Positions 11,843 to 25,391 of a DNA stretch of 64,000 nucleotides are shown piece by piece. This stretch comes from Neophaeotheca triangularis (taxonomy: Eukaryota), in NCBI GenBank assembly GCA_054600435.1, contig BAAIJX010000075.1, positions 1 through 64,000 on the forward strand. Direction: 5' to 3'. Both the position numbers and the translations under genes were made by a program. Each line of letters starts with the position of its first letter. Position 1 is the stretch's first letter. Under the pieces are notes generated by a model, which saw only the letters and a list, made by a program, of their open reading frames with translations, did not search any database and had not been told where the DNA came from.

Positions 11843-12386
11843 ATGCCCCCCACTCCCCGCTTCAAACTAATCCTCTACACCCCCCCACTAGCTCTCGAGC
11901 CCATCAAAACCGCCCTCTTCGCCACGGGCGCCGGAACCCACAACCAATACACCCAAGTCTGCTTCACAACGCCCGGCGTCGGGCAATTCAAACCCAGTGC
12001 TGAAGCCAAGCCTGCCGTGGGGGAAGCCGGTGGAGCGGTGCAAGAGGTCGGCGAGGTCAGGTTGGAGACGACTTGCTTGGGCGAGGAGGGGGTTAGACGG
12101 GCAGTGGAGGCGGTCAGGGGGTGAGTGTCGTGGTTTACTCTTTTTGCGCTGGTCCTGGGAGGCTTGCTTTTCGCGTCGCGGTGCTCGAGGTTCGAAGAGC
12201 TTGGAGTTGCGAGTGAGGGGGTTGGGCAAACGCTGGGGGGCAGAGAGGCTGCCGCCATGTTTGGGTTGTGCGCTTACGGTTGCTGTGGGCAGACGCTTTT
12301 GGCTTTGCGGGTGCTGACTTATCCCTGATAGAGCGCACCCCTACGAAGAGCCGGTTTATGAGGTCTACAAGATGGAAGACTTTTAG
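11843..12386 (+). CDS. Small Nif3/YqfO PII-like-domain protein (stand-alone); intron 12121-12331
   Basis: N-terminal FKLILYTP..ALFATGAG..YTQVCF..G.GQFKP, and after splicing C-terminal AHPYEEPVYEVYKMEDF, the signature of the YqfO/Nif3 PII-like insert family. Confidence 0.85.
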
Positions 12387-12741
12387 CGAGCGCGGGTAAA
12401 GGGGCTCGCGGGCTACTGACAGTGGAATCTGTGTTCGGATATAAACATCTGGGACTGGCAGGTCGTGGTGGAGCGAATGTGACCTCTGCTCGTTGGCTTA
12501 CATTTGTCGAGCCGACGGCTATCGGTGGGTTTGAGGGGCGATTGGCGGACGCGTTGAGAAGAGCAAAGCTTGAGGTGTAACGATATCGTACACAATACTT
12601 TACACATTGGGGCTGGTGCATTTCCCTGTCATATTCGACTCTTTGGCGCTTCCCTCCGCCCACGGCTATGTTGACCACAACGCTTACCAATTTAAAGCAT
12701 GGAACCATTTCTTCATCACAACCACTCTAACCACCTCTCCA

Positions 12742-13695
12742 TCACACCCCAGCATCCTCAGGCCTTACATTCAAATCCCAACATATCTCCCCCTCCTCCC
12801 CATACCGCTCCCTCAACCACTCATTCGCCTTGCGAAAATGACCCCCATCAAAAAACCCCTTGTGCGCACTCAACGGACTCGGATGCACACTCTTAAGAAC
12901 CAAATGCTTACTTCCATTGATCCTCGCGCACCGCTTCTGCGCGGGCGAGCCCCAAGCTAGAAACACCACACCCCTCGTGCGCTTGGCTGCGACCGTGTCG
13001 ATGACTTTTTGCGTAAACTTCTCCCATCCTTTGTTGGCGTGGCTGTTGGCTTCGTGCGCGCGTACCGTGAGGCAGGTGTTCAGCAGCAGCACGCCGGCGT
13101 CGGCCCAGGGCGTCAGTAAGCCCGAGTTACCGGGCGGTGGTTTGAAATCGGGATAGTCCTTCTCCAGGGCTTTGTACATGTTTTTGAGCGAGGGCGGGGC
13201 AGGCGTAGGTGGGCGCACGGAGAAGCAGAGGCCGTGAGCTTGGTTGAGGTTGTGGTAGGGGTCTTGGCCGAGAATGACGGCTTTGACGGAGGGGAGCGGT
13301 GTGTGCCGCGACCAGCTGTAGATGTCCTCGGGCGGAGGGAAGATTTTGGTCTTGCCGGTGGCGGTCTCGCTTTTGAGGAAGCGTTTGAGGTCGAGGAATT
13401 CTTTCGATGTGACTTCGTCTTTTAGTGCGGCCAGCCAGCTTTCGTGGAGGGTTTCGATTTCGAGTTTGAGAAGGTCCTTTTGCTCGGGGGTGAGTTTGGC
13501 GATCCAAGCCTCTTTGTCGAATGGGGTTGGTTTGGTGGACGGGGCTGTGGGGGATGAGGGTGGGTTGGACGGGTTTGTCGAGGAGGTTGGAGGGTTGGTT
13601 TTGGGTTGGCCGAAGAAGGAGGTTATGGAGCCATTGGCTTTGGGCTTTTTGGCGGCTTCGGTGGCGATCTCGGTGGTTTTGCGTTTAAGTGACAT
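12742..13695 (-). CDS. UNG1: Uracil-DNA glycosylase (family 1)
   Basis: GQDPYH, AHGLCFSV, PPSLKN, GVLLLN and HPSPLSA motifs; PIP-like ITSFF and a basic NLS at the N-terminus. Confidence 0.97.
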   Translation of the reverse strand: MSLKRKTTEIATEAAKKPKANGSITSFFGQPKTNPPTSSTNPSNPPSSPTAPSTKPTPFDKEAWIAKLTPEQKDLLKLEIETLHESWLAALKDEVTSKEFLDLKRFLKSETATGKTKIFPPPEDIYSWSRHTPLPSVKAVILGQDPYHNLNQAHGLCFSVRPPTPAPPSLKNMYKALEKDYPDFKPPPGNSGLLTPWADAGVLLLNTCLTVRAHEANSHANKGWEKFTQKVIDTVAAKRTRGVVFLAWGSPAQKRCARINGSKHLVLKSVHPSPLSAHKGFFDGGHFRKANEWLRERYGEEGEICWDLNVRPEDAGV

Positions 13696-13724
13696 GGTTG
13701 TCGATTCGTGAAGTTTTTAAATGG

Positions 13725-13833
13725 CGCGAAAGAAGAATGAGGAAGACGGAGAATGGATTTTAATATTTGGGAGCTTGATATTTGGAGCGGACGGGATGCT
13801 CCAGAGAAGACGCGACTCAATGTCGTCACGCGT
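13725..13833. promoter_or_regulatory. MCB/SCB-like G1/S elements upstream of UNG1
   Basis: ACGCGT at 13828-13833, ACGCGA at 13810-13815 and CGCGAAA at 13725-13731, all within 140 bp of the UNG1 ATG. MCB control of DNA-replication and repair genes is established in yeasts. Confidence 0.55.
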
Positions 13834-14295
13834 TATGGGAGCCACTAGCGCGATCGGAACGACAGTACCTAGCTAGCGGCAAGCCTTTGCCCCCACGATG
13901 CCGAGATTATCGCCCTTACTAGAGGTACCCAGGAGCATGAACTTCACCTTCAATCTGTACTACCTTATCTCCACATGATTTCCTACCACGTTCACCCTCA
14001 AATCACCAGCTTAACGACCGTAATAACTTAGCCATTCGCCCCGAAGACGGCCTCGGACCCTTGTCAACGTTTGCGGCCCTGAATATCCGCAAGCATGTCT
14101 CGTACGTTTAGACAACGTGGGCATCCTAGGATGTCGTCGCCACTATTTCACCGCCACTATTGACGCCAGAGCATCAATCCTCTTCCTTGGAACGATCATC
14201 GCACGAATCTTCTTGAAATCATCATGTACCACATTTTATCTGTATTGGTATCTGGTAAAGCATCCCAAACGCCCGAATTTATCACTCTCAATTAC

Positions 14296-16123
14296 TCAAA
14301 TGGTATACCTAAAGTGCTTATCACCCTGCTCAAGAACCTTCTCACCACGCTCAGCCTTCTTGTTCTGCACCCGGAAAGCCAGAGTGAGGACGCCGACGAG
14401 GAGAACGATGATGACTTGCGCTCCCATGGCAGTGGAAATGCCGGGGATGTAATCAGGCCCGTCCTCGGAACGGAAAGTCGTCGATCCAACGATACCACCT
14501 AGAACGGAAGTGTTAGTCGGTAAACGATAGGTTACTTGACCTTATTATGGATAAAAACTTACCAATAGCACCGGCACCGACGAGCGTGGCCGAGCAAAAG
14601 GCACGCTTCCACTGCCCGCGAATGTTGTTGGCCTGGTAGGTCATGGTGCAGGGCACGTTGGCATTCGCTCCAGCCGTGGCAAGGAAAACTCCAAAGTAGC
14701 GAACCGCGCCGTCAGTGTCCCAGCCGATGATGGCCAAGCCGATGATGCAGAGCAGACCGTTGAAAGCTACTTGCGGACCTCTGAGCTGGAACTTGTCGCC
14801 AAACCACCCTTCGCCGTACATGACGATACCGGCGAAAACGTACGGAGGGGCGATCAGACACTGGCTAGTTCCTGCGTCATAGCCAAGACTGCCGCTGAGG
14901 ATCTGAGGGAGGAAGTACGCCAGAGCGTAGGAGACAGTGGTCGTGCATCCGAAGATCATGGCGTAGACCCAGATCTAGTATCGAGTTAGCGGTTTGACAC
15001 TCGCAGATGGGGATGGAGATGCCGACCTTCCAGTCCGCGCCACCACTGAGCCATCTCTTGAATGTAAAGGCTTCAGCATCCGCGTCGCCGCGGTCCTGGT
15101 TCACGCGAGCGATGATCAATTGGCGCTCTTCTTCCGACATGAACTTGAGAGAACTCGACGTCTTTTGGTCGGGGAAAGATCGAAGATAGAGGTAACCAAG
15201 GCCGGCAATGATGCATGTCAAGATACCCTCGATGATGAAAATCTGAAAGGGGTTAGTGCAAGACGCTCGCTTGAGTTTGTAGTTTTACTACTCACCCATC
15301 GCCAACCACCATACCCTGCAACACCCTCCATCTGGATGAGACCGAATGCAAGAATACCACCAAAGGCCGAAGCGTTGCAGCCAATGATATAGAAGAAGGC
15401 GTATCTCTTTCCGACTTCGTAGCGGCGGTACCATGTCGAGAGCAAGTAGACGACACCTGGGAAGAAGCCTGGTACATTCCGTAAGTCAATGGCCATCAAT
15501 TAACCTGCAACAGGACAGATACCCACCGGCCTCAAAGATACCCAGGATCAAACGCAATGCCAGCAAAGACGTCCAGTTATTGAGGAAGCCCATACCAATC
15601 ATGACAACACCCCAGGCTAATGTGATTGTCGAAAGAAAGACTCGGGGCCCGATCTTTCGGCACAGGACAGTCGCGGGGGGCTGCATCAGGGTGTAGGTGA
15701 TGAAGAAGACGAGGGTAACGATGCTGTATCGATCGACACCGTTGACGTCTTCTAACACGAGCTCATCGCATAACCCAGCGATGCCTATTCACGGTTAGCT
15801 GGCAGCTTTGCAATACTGTCGATGCGGGTAGGGCTACGAACAGGCATTGGAGAGGTTCGTTCCTGCGGTCGATGATTGTCAGCGTGTATTCCTTCTGCGT
15901 GTACTAGATGGCAGGGAGTCGACTCACTATCGAGAAGCGAGACGCAGTACATGGCACCACAAATGGGAATGAGACGAAGGTCGACTCTACGCATTAACTT
16001 GCGGGTCTCCTCCACCGTGAAGGAGTTGACAAGTTCGTCGTCTTCTTTCCGAATGTCCTTGCCCTCGAAGACGGGCGACGGCGCCATCTCGAGCCGATCA
16101 TCCTGGTATTGGTTCTTCTCCAT
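14296..16123 (-). CDS. MFS transporter, anion:cation symporter (allantoate/nicotinate/phthalate permease-like), multi-intron
   Basis: RRVDLRLIP, DRTNLSNA (21-nt mini-exon), RLILGIFEAG|FFPG, STWYRRYEVGKR, GWRW|IFIIEG, YQANNIRGQWKRA and C-terminal HFRYTI*. Confidence 0.92.
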
Positions 16124-19100
16124 GGTTGCGATCGAAAGTCCAGAGGATTGTCGCAACTGGGGCAGTTCGAGACGTCTAGGGTAGATACGCAACAATGTAT
16201 TGCAAAAGCAAGTGCAAAGTTCTGAGCGAAGTGTGATGAGGAGCAGTCGACTTCCATTATTATTGTTACCTTATGTACGGGCGGCAGTCAGAGCATCTCC
16301 ACCTCCAACCCGCAGTAGTGTCATGACAGGCGCATGTAAGTGGTGCCAAGCAGAGAGGCGACAGACCAAGGCCTTGGTATGGGGAGCGTAGATTCAAGAG
16401 AGCTACTACTATAGGTACTAGTAGTAAAAGGTACCTTACCTCCTACCGTTTCCAGACGAATGCCGCTACGGCTCTCCGGCGAGTCCAGAGTCCAGACTGC
16501 CGCTGGCTCTGTGGGGCGGGCAGAATCGAAACACGGCAATGGCACTCGGCCTCGACATGTACGCTGCTGTGTCTCAAGTCATCCATCCTCTCTCCTCTCT
16601 TTCAAACGAAACGTGGCTTCCAAAATGATACGGAACGCCCATACAATTCAAAGCCATTCATGCATCAGCAATTCGATCACACACGTTCGGACTTGGGTTC
16701 TTTTGCAATTCGCCAATTAATAACAAACTCCCGCGCACGAGGTAGGCGGTCGTGCCAAACTTTGTCCTAAGCCAAGAGACCTAGCTACACTAAGTGACCA
16801 AAGCTCCAATCTTTCTCCACTTGGCTTGTCTTAGCTCGTCGTGGGGAGCTTGGGGAAACAAAGTGGGGTGGGTATAAGTGCTACTACTACCTACTAGCTT
16901 ATAAATCTGCCCAGTCTAGGTTCTGGCTCTTTTATTTTCTCCTAACAGTAGTACCTCCGGACGGCTCCACGGACACCTTTTATTAGGTATGTTGGTCGTC
17001 GTCGAAATTCGTTGTTTGTAAGTCGGGTGGTTGGCCTGCCGGAAGTCACAATGCGACGAGACGTCCGTCGCCCTCCGTACGAACAAAGCTATCATCAAAC
17101 GTTGCTGGCCGTTTGCTTGCGTGGTAGTAAGGAGTAGAGGTCACTTTCGTCTCTCGCTTATCTCATTCCAAGTCATCGGGCTTGGAATAAGAGACACAAG
17201 AATTCTGCTGTGCCTCGGTCAATCAAACTTGGTTTTGCTTCGCCCGAATCCTTCAAAACCGCCACCACGGCTGTGGCTGTTCTGGTGGCTTGCCTTGCTG
17301 TGACGACTACTATTCTCGACTCTCACCAGTTACCACTTTTGCTACGTAGCCTGGATGCTGTTTTGCTTCCGTTGGAGTTGAGACGTGAGCCGTACAGTAG
17401 GACAGGTACCTCGCACTGGCTGTTTCGCTGGGACGAAACGCGACACCGCCGAGGTAGAGGTAGACTTCCGGCTATTTTCGGTTGCAGCAACAGCGTGCGC
17501 GAAACGTGAGTAGCACGCTGGCGGTAAAGGTTACGAGTGTCTAGTCACTTACCGCATCAAGGCCCTTCCCGGTCGCTGTCGCTAACTAGTATGTAGGCGC
17601 CGTTGCGTTTCCGGAGTCGACAAACGAAGTTTTAGCCTGTTGTCGGATCGACACGGCTTCCCCGACGATCACGAGGTGCTCTGGTGGTTTTAAGCATGCT
17701 ACCACTACTGTCGTTACGATCAGCGGTGGACTCGGTGCGACTCGCGGGCTCTGGTTACTCCCACCTAAGTAGTAGCCACTGTGTCGAAGTTCAGCGCTCA
17801 GATGCCGTAATAGCTATCATGACTGCCGCTCCAATTGTCGCAAGGCTCCCGGAGTCAGGTCAGGTCAGCATGCCGTCGACCACGCTGAGAAGGAGCCGTT
17901 ACGAACACCCGCGGAATTTGACGGCAGGGTTCTGGTTGGTCGAAATAAGCGATGACTCGATGAGCCGTCTACGGCCATGTCCCATGGACGTAAATGCAAA
18001 CGCCATGTCTGCTTCCTCGGTCTTTCTACATCGCGACCTTGCCGACTTATTTTAGTAGAGATGTCACTTCGCAGATGAGGAACTGAAATTATTGAGCCAG
18101 GTCGTTTTACTTTGGTCTTCTTCTTGGAACGGGGGAATACCTTGCGGTGCCTGGAAGTCCAATTACCTCTATCCACTCGTCATCGGAAGCCGCGATAGTA
18201 GGCTGCGAGGGCCGTTGTCAACATCTTAAATCCAACGGCTAAGGTTGCTGCAGTCGGGCTAATGGCTAAGACGACTCACCAGTTACGGCGATAATGTCGA
18301 CCCGTTCGTGGTAGTAGTCGAAACCCTTCTTGAATAATAGGTAGCAGCCAAGGTATCGGTCGAGCACTAAGCTGCACTGCCGATCCCCTGCTCATCCAAC
18401 CCTCGAACAAAGCTGACCTCGAGTTTAATGTCTATCGAGGCGAAATGTATGTGCGTGCGAGCAAGCCGAGTCGATGAAATTGCATGGATTGTTCTCTGGC
18501 CCCGTTTCTCAGGCAGATCAAGACGCGACGATTGTATGCTGCACCCGCAAGTGCACGTCTTTATCGTCAGGCGGCATTGGTAGGCCGTTGTTTCTACGGC
18601 GGCTCTTGAGCTGTCCGCACTGTTATACCCGATTCATCAGTAGGAGGGCGCTGATGGTGCTGTCGACATCTGACCTCAATATCGAAAAGGTTGCTCTCCT
18701 GACTGACAGGCCGGCCTTGCAAAGGGACTTGAGTGTATTGGCTCGAATGAAGGTACGTCCGTCTGACCGTCTGCATTCGTTCCACTACGGTACGTTCACG
18801 TGTGCATTTTCTGAGTAATCCCGCCGTGTTTTTCCTTTTTTCCAATCACTCGAAGGATTTGTCTCTGCCGCAATCACCGCTCGGCTCCTATTTCTTTTTA
18901 TTCCTTCTTATTTCTTCCTTCTCTTGCTTTGTTGATCGTCCGGGACTGGCATGGCTCTGCGATGCTGAAATACCATTAGGCGTTCAGTCTTCGAAAACTC
19001 TCCACATCTCACATCACTTTCTCTAGACGTGGTCGACGAGCGCTCTAGTGAATCTGGTCTGACCTCGAACTCTGAAGGCTTGTGAAGGATAAGGAAACCA

Positions 19101-19926
19101 TCCCTAAACGAAAGCCGGGCAGGATACGTAGGAAGAACCCTCCCGACTCCTGACGGCGCAGCGATACACGCAAAGACGCTTAGCGGCGTGGCTTCTACAG
19201 ACTACAGCATCTGTAACTTCTCCGATTCGGACTCTACAGCCGGCCACAAGCATTACCGAGATTTTGGCTATCCATTCTAATGCCACAGGTCGATTTGAAC
19301 AACCTAGGTGCACATCCTATGTGTCCACAACTTCAGTGAGTCTTTCAATCGAGCTATTCTGCTCGTATGACAAGGTCGACTCGCAAGGTAGAGATTTGCA
19401 ATCGAGGCTTGCTATTTGCCACATGGCTGCGCTTCCACCTTGCAGGACGTCAGTGCCATCAACTTCCCTTCGGACCTTGTGTGAAGTTGGCTAGGGGTTG
19501 AGCGCTTAGGGTTTTTGTAAGGGAAACGGTGTCTTTGGGGGGGCTTGGAAAGATGGAAGAAATTCGAGGTATTATATCTCCACTGCGTATTGGGGCTATT
19601 TTGATATGGTTCTCTTCGGAGTTGGTAGACAACACTCGTGACTCGTCGGGCTTTTCTGTCATTCGGTCGTGTGGAGAAACTTGGGGGACACAGCCACACA
19701 AGATTGAGGCGATCTTGAGTACAGGTGTGGCGTTAGCTATCATGTCGTCACTCCCGTCCCTCGTCTTCCACCATCGCCTGGGCACCTCATCCCTCCAAGT
19801 TTTGGCCTCGTGCAAGAAGTAATCATTCAACTATTCTCTTACTCTCACTATACCTTGTTATCTGATCGGGACCTAATCGAACGCAACTTCATCCAATCGC
19901 ACGCTCCAAATCACACAACCTCAATC

Positions 19927-20989
19927 ATGGCCTCCAACGAGATACCTGCAGAGGCACCACCTCCCTACACCGAGTCAGCCTCGACGACCAACAACAACAA
20001 TACCTCCTCCTCAAACCACCTAACCGTCCCTGGAGATGATCGAAATGGCATCTCCGCTGCTCACCGCCGCAGCATGGAAGACGAAGCCCGCCCCCTCCCC
20101 GACGGCTGGGTACGTACCTTCGACCCGGAAACCGAGCACCAGTTCTTTGTCGATACAACCAAAGACCCCCCTCGCAGCATCTGGACCCACCCCTACGACG
20201 ACGAAGAATACCTCAACACCCTCAGCTCCGAAGACCGCGAACGGCTGCAAGAAGACACGGTGCGTGGTAGGCGCCACCCAAGCCGCGAAGACATCATCGC
20301 CGACCACACAGACATCGACGACGACGACGCGCCGCCGCCGCCGTCCGTGCAACAGCGCCAGCAAAACTCCAAAGGCTCCGCTGAGCTCCCCCCACGCCCG
20401 AATCAGAACAGCAGCAACGAGCCCGGCGGCGCCAAGGGTTTCGGCCGCAAACTCAAAGACAAGCTCACAGGCACCACACACACGGAGCGCGAATCACAGC
20501 GCGCGCGTCGCGCGGAAGAAGAGCGCGAGGCTTACAGACGGCACATGGAGATTCGCAAGGCGATGGCGCGGGCCATGCAGACTGGGGAGCCGCAATTGAT
20601 CGGCCGCGACAAGCAGGGGCAGGACGTCTACTTGCAGCCTCCGCAGTACGGGAGCCGTGGCGGCGGAGGCTATCCCGGCATGGGTGGCGGTAGGATGTAC
20701 AATCCGTACGGTGGGGGAATGTACGCGGCGCCGCATGCGCGGTACGTGCGGCCGGCTATGCCGTATGGACGGCCGTATGGGGGTGGTAAGTCTAGACACA
20801 CACAATTCTTCGTCTTTTGATTGGGACGTTTTGCTAACGCTATTCGTAGGTTATGGTCGGGGCATGGGCATGCCTTTGGGCTTGGGGTTGGGAGGTGGGA
20901 TGATGGGCGGCATGATGATGGGGAGTATGATGGGAGGCATGGGTGGAGGCGGAGACTGTGGTGGGGGTGACGGTGGTGGAGGGGAGTGA
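19927..20989 (+). CDS. WW-domain protein with Gly/Met-rich C-terminus; intron 20786-20849
   Basis: WW domain LPDGWVRTFDPETEHQFFVDTTKDPPRSIWTHP and KGFGRKLKDKLTGTTH motif; the canonical intron joins the GYGRGMGM...GGGGE* exon. Confidence 0.85.
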
Positions 20990-21964
20990 GAGGAGACGGG
21001 GCGGTGTTTGCTCCTTGACGACTGGCTGTGTTAACTGACTACGGCTTGGTGCACGCAGTGATATGTCGTGCGGCCCTGGGTATGACCATGACTGATGAGT
21101 TTTTGTGTAGCATATATGTATCACGACGCCTACAGCACCTAGTCTCCTTGTTGCTGGTGAACCACCGGAATCGTACGCGTCGGCTCTCACAATCCAGGAA
21201 CCGTACCACCACTATCCATAGGGATTAAACACATACCGAGCCGTCTCCCTTCTCGTGCACATCCCTCTAGGGTGCATGTAATTGAATGATGATCTTGGAG
21301 TGTTGGTCCAAGGTATGTAGGGCACTTACTAGGTTATGGCTGAGTCGAAGACGTAGTCGACGGGTATACCTACATGTAAGTACACACAAGACAAAGTACA
21401 CGTACGCAATGCGGCGTGGGGTTGCCGAAGCCGTGTAGACTGTAGCAGACGGGAGATAAGGTGCCTACCTACCTGATGTGGCGTAGCGTCTTTTGGGGAA
21501 AGGACCAATGTCACTTGCACTACAAGTATAAAATTATTGTGATGCGAATTACTTTTAATCATTGTCCGTCCACTGGACAAATACATACTGCCTACCTAAC
21601 GTTAGATAGTACAGTATCCGGGGGTTTTTGTAAAAGGCACCTACCTATAGAAAGAAAAGAATAATGAAAGCAGCTCCCCATAGGAGGTGGAACGAAGCCT
21701 AGGGCCGACAACCGAACAGACACGCATTTGCCGCCGTCTCCTCCCCTTGGCCCACTTGTTCTTCTACGCCGTAACGCACCTCAATCAATCTTGACTCGGC
21801 AGTGGGTGAGGGGACGCGCGCAACAGCCAAACGGTGATCTCATGCCCAGCGTCTTGTAATTTGCATCTCTTGGGTAGGTAGGGCATCCGCGTACAGGAGG
21901 TGGGAGGCAGGGGACAGCCAAGGCCACGTCCGCGGACACTACCTAGGTTATTCAACAGATGAGG

Positions 21965-22013
21965 TACTACTGCTACTGCTACTACTACAGTACTACTATT
22001 ACTACTACTTACT
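21965..22013. repeat. Imperfect (TAC)n trinucleotide microsatellite
   Basis: tactactgctactgctactactacagtactactattactactacttact read directly. Confidence 0.8.
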
Positions 22014-22344
22014 GTGAGTAGTTGCGAGGAGGGTGATGGCGACTTCTTGTTTCATCATCATCATCGTCGCGGCACGGTGCATCGCTGCTTCGTCTTTCCA
22101 TCCCTCCCAATCATAAGGTAACGTACTTACTTCCAATATCTTTCTTCTCTTGCAACAGGATACTAGACTACTAGTGATCTGGCCGCCGTCGTCCCCCTCA
22201 TCAGATGTTTGATAGGGCTCTCCCAGATGGTGGCGCAGGGAGGTCACGGCTGTGAATAAAATAACAATTGGATTCGATTCGATTCGACGTTACGGGTCCG
22301 AACCGAAGACGAAACGACATAACACACCGCAAACGACTTGCGCC

Positions 22345-24626
22345 ATGTTGCCATCACTGTCGTTTTCTTGGTCCCTTTCCGCCAACAACTCCACCGCCTC
22401 GACGCCTTGCTCTCGCTTCGTTTTCGCCAGTCTCTGCCTTCTGTTGCTGGTGGGGCAAGCACTCGCCGATACCAAAGAAGACGAGATTGAGGAAGAGGCT
22501 CATGATCTCGGTTTGTTTAACTTTGTCAGCGTAGGTGCCATCCATCTTCCTGCTTGCGACCGAGATCAAGTTGAGCTGACATGTTTATCCCAGAGACCTG
22601 ATCTGAAGCCGCCACGGTGGAACATCACAACCTACGATGAAGATGCGCTGGATGAGGGGTACTGGTTTCTGGGACCGGTAAGTCCGACAGCGTCGAGTTG
22701 GTGCGGAAACGGTGAGAAAGAGACGCTGACGCTGACACTTCTACCCTCCTCCAGTACAAGAATCTCAACGAGCCCGAGAACGCCGGACGAGGTTGGATAG
22801 GGCCGCATATCTACGATGGCAACGGGGACCTCGTCTGGAGCGCCGCAGACATCACCGACAACGGCAACGTCGAAGACTTTACGATTAGCAATGTCAACGG
22901 CGAGCAAATGCTCACTTTCATGTGGCAAGCTGCCGCTGCTGGAGTCCTGATCGATGAGACTCTGACCGAACGCGAGCGCGTGCATTTCGATGGCCATGTC
23001 AATACTCATGAATTCAACTTTGTCGATGATGGGACGAGAGTGCTTGCTGTCAAAACGGATACTATGGATGCGACTGAGGAGCAGTTGAGTCACTTGGATG
23101 AGGATATCGACGCTTGTATTGTCCATTGGGATGGCTTTGTGGAGTTGGAGGTGGGGACATGGGAGGAGACTTTCCGGTGGAGGTCTGGGGACTGGGTCGG
23201 ACTCGACGAGAGTACTGATAGATGTGGTGCCGGGCTCGAGAAGTTGTGTGAAGGATGGGATTACATGTACGTGGGCACCTCAGCCCCTGTGATCTTCTCG
23301 CCACGCTGTGCGCCCCACTAACACAACAGCAGCCATATGAATTCGATCGACAAAACCCCAGAGGGCGACTATCTCATTTCCATGCGCCATGCCGATACGA
23401 TTCATAAAATCTCCAAAGACGACGGTCACCCCATCTGGAGGCTCGGGGGGGCCAGGAGCGACTTTGACATGGGCAACCTCACTTTCACCCGTCAACACAA
23501 CATCCGCTACCGCGGCAGCAACGACACGCACACCTTTGTGAGCATTCTTGACAACGCCCTGGGACAAGATCCCTGCGAGCCCTCTCACGAATTCTCCCGA
23601 GGCCTCCTCATAGCCCTCGACGAGGACAAAATGACAGCTACAGCCATTGCGAACTACGACCACCCCTACGGCCCCGACAACCACAGCCCCCGCCGCGGCA
23701 ACTACCAAGCCCTACCCAACTCCAACGTCTTCATGGGCTGGTCCGAACAAGGCCTCCAAAGCGAACACGCCCCCAACGGCACCATCCTCCAAACCGCCAA
23801 CCTCCGAACCGAATGGCTCGGCACCTACCGCAGCTACAAACTCCCCTTCACTGGCCGTCCCGCTTACCCACCCGATGTCGTCTCTACTGCTCTCGGCAAC
23901 GACACCGAAACTGGCACTTCGACCGTCGTCCACGTCTCCTGGAACGGCGCCACCGACGTCGCTTATTGGCGCCTGCACCACGCTACCCCCGATGGCAAAA
24001 TCACCGAACCTCTCGTCTCCCAATCCCGCGCGGGCTTCGAAACAGCCATCACCTACAACGGCTACGCGCAGTACGTTGTCGTCTCCGCCCACGATGCCGA
24101 TGACTCTGAGCTCGGCCGCTCGGAGATCACCGAAACCAACATCACCGCCGGCATTTCCCCTGTCGCCGTTGCCGAGGATAGGGCCTGGCAGCTCCAAGCG
24201 GGTGGCGGGGGCCACGGGTCTAGAGGGCCTGCGGCCGAGCATCCAATGCTCGTTTTCGGGGTTTGTGGGTTCCTGGTCGGATGCGTGGTTTCCGCTATCG
24301 TGGTTCTGGGCTGGTGGGCTGGGAGGTCGAAGGTATCGGTTGGAGGTGTTTCCGCTGGGGTTCAGGGGAAGGGACTGCCGTTTTGGTATCGGTATCAGAG
24401 GGCTTCTGATGTGGGGCATGGGGAAGGGGGGGTGGAGTTGGGCAAGGGAACGGGGGAGAAAGGTGGAGGGGGAGGGAGTGAGAGCGACGACGACGACGAT
24501 GAGAAGGATGTTGGTGCTGAAGCGAATGTCGCGGCTGCGGAGCAGACAAGCGCGTTGCTGGCGGATCATCGCGTGGAGGAGGGCAGGCAGGTGGATGATC
24601 GGGCTGGGAGCTATCTGGATAGGTGA
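22345..24626 (+). CDS. Arylsulfotransferase (ASST-domain) protein, secreted with C-terminal TM helix; 3 introns (~22531-22593, ~22678-22754, ~23267-23331)
   Basis: FVS|RPDLKPP, GPHIYDGNGDLVW, HEFNF, WDY.HMNSIDK, YLISMRH, WRLGG, QHNIR, SYK and VSWNGATDV motifs; hydrophobic signal and C-terminal TM segment. Confidence 0.88.
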
Positions 24627-25391
24627 GGGAGCTGACTAGCTACTTGGCTCTGCTCTGATGTGAGACTACGCGCTTGGTATGATTTCCTTGGAGGTGGGTT
24701 ATTCTGGTCTTAAGAAAGCATATTGTGGATGTAGCCTAGCTAGGGGGATATCGATTGTGCTAGACATGCTGAGGCTCTGTCTGATATCTTCTAACAGTCT
24801 GCTTTCATCGTGGATGTACAGTAAGGGTTATTGATTCCATCCAGCTTCGTTTGTTACTTAAGGGTAATAGACGATGTAATCCCGACACGATTCCAGATTC
24901 CAATTGCATGTGGTTCCAACTGTATAGAATTGCCTACCTCGCGAGGGGAGCATACCATACGACTGTACCCAGAATAAAACACGGTTGGTGTCTATATCAA
25001 GCCATTGGCCGAGTAGAAATCGCGCGAATCCCAAACTCGGACCCTATGGTATTCTTGGCGCAGCGGGGATGCCGGTCTCACTCGTAATCCATCATCAGCA
25101 CCCGACCCATGGATAGGAATCTTTTCAAAACGCATTGTCTCAATAAGCCGAGGCACTACCTCCTAGAGCTACCAGTAGGCCATGGTCTCCTTATTGACGC
25201 TCGACCATGACGCTGGACGTTCCACTCGCGCCAAAGCGGAAGACGACACGAGACAGCCACACGAAAAGCATTAGGCTGAGAACTAATGGACACGATAAAA
25301 CACAACTTTTGGCATCAACTACACACTCGTGCTATGAACAAACCCCGTAATAATGCGGACCCCACCGAGCACTGCGCCAGACCACCCTCCC

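Noticed and set aside
13623..13829. Upstream presequence-like ORF as a mitochondrial N-terminal extension of UNG1
   Set aside because: It starts at GTG in a different frame, and the UNG1 frame has an in-frame TAA 8 codons upstream of the ATG.
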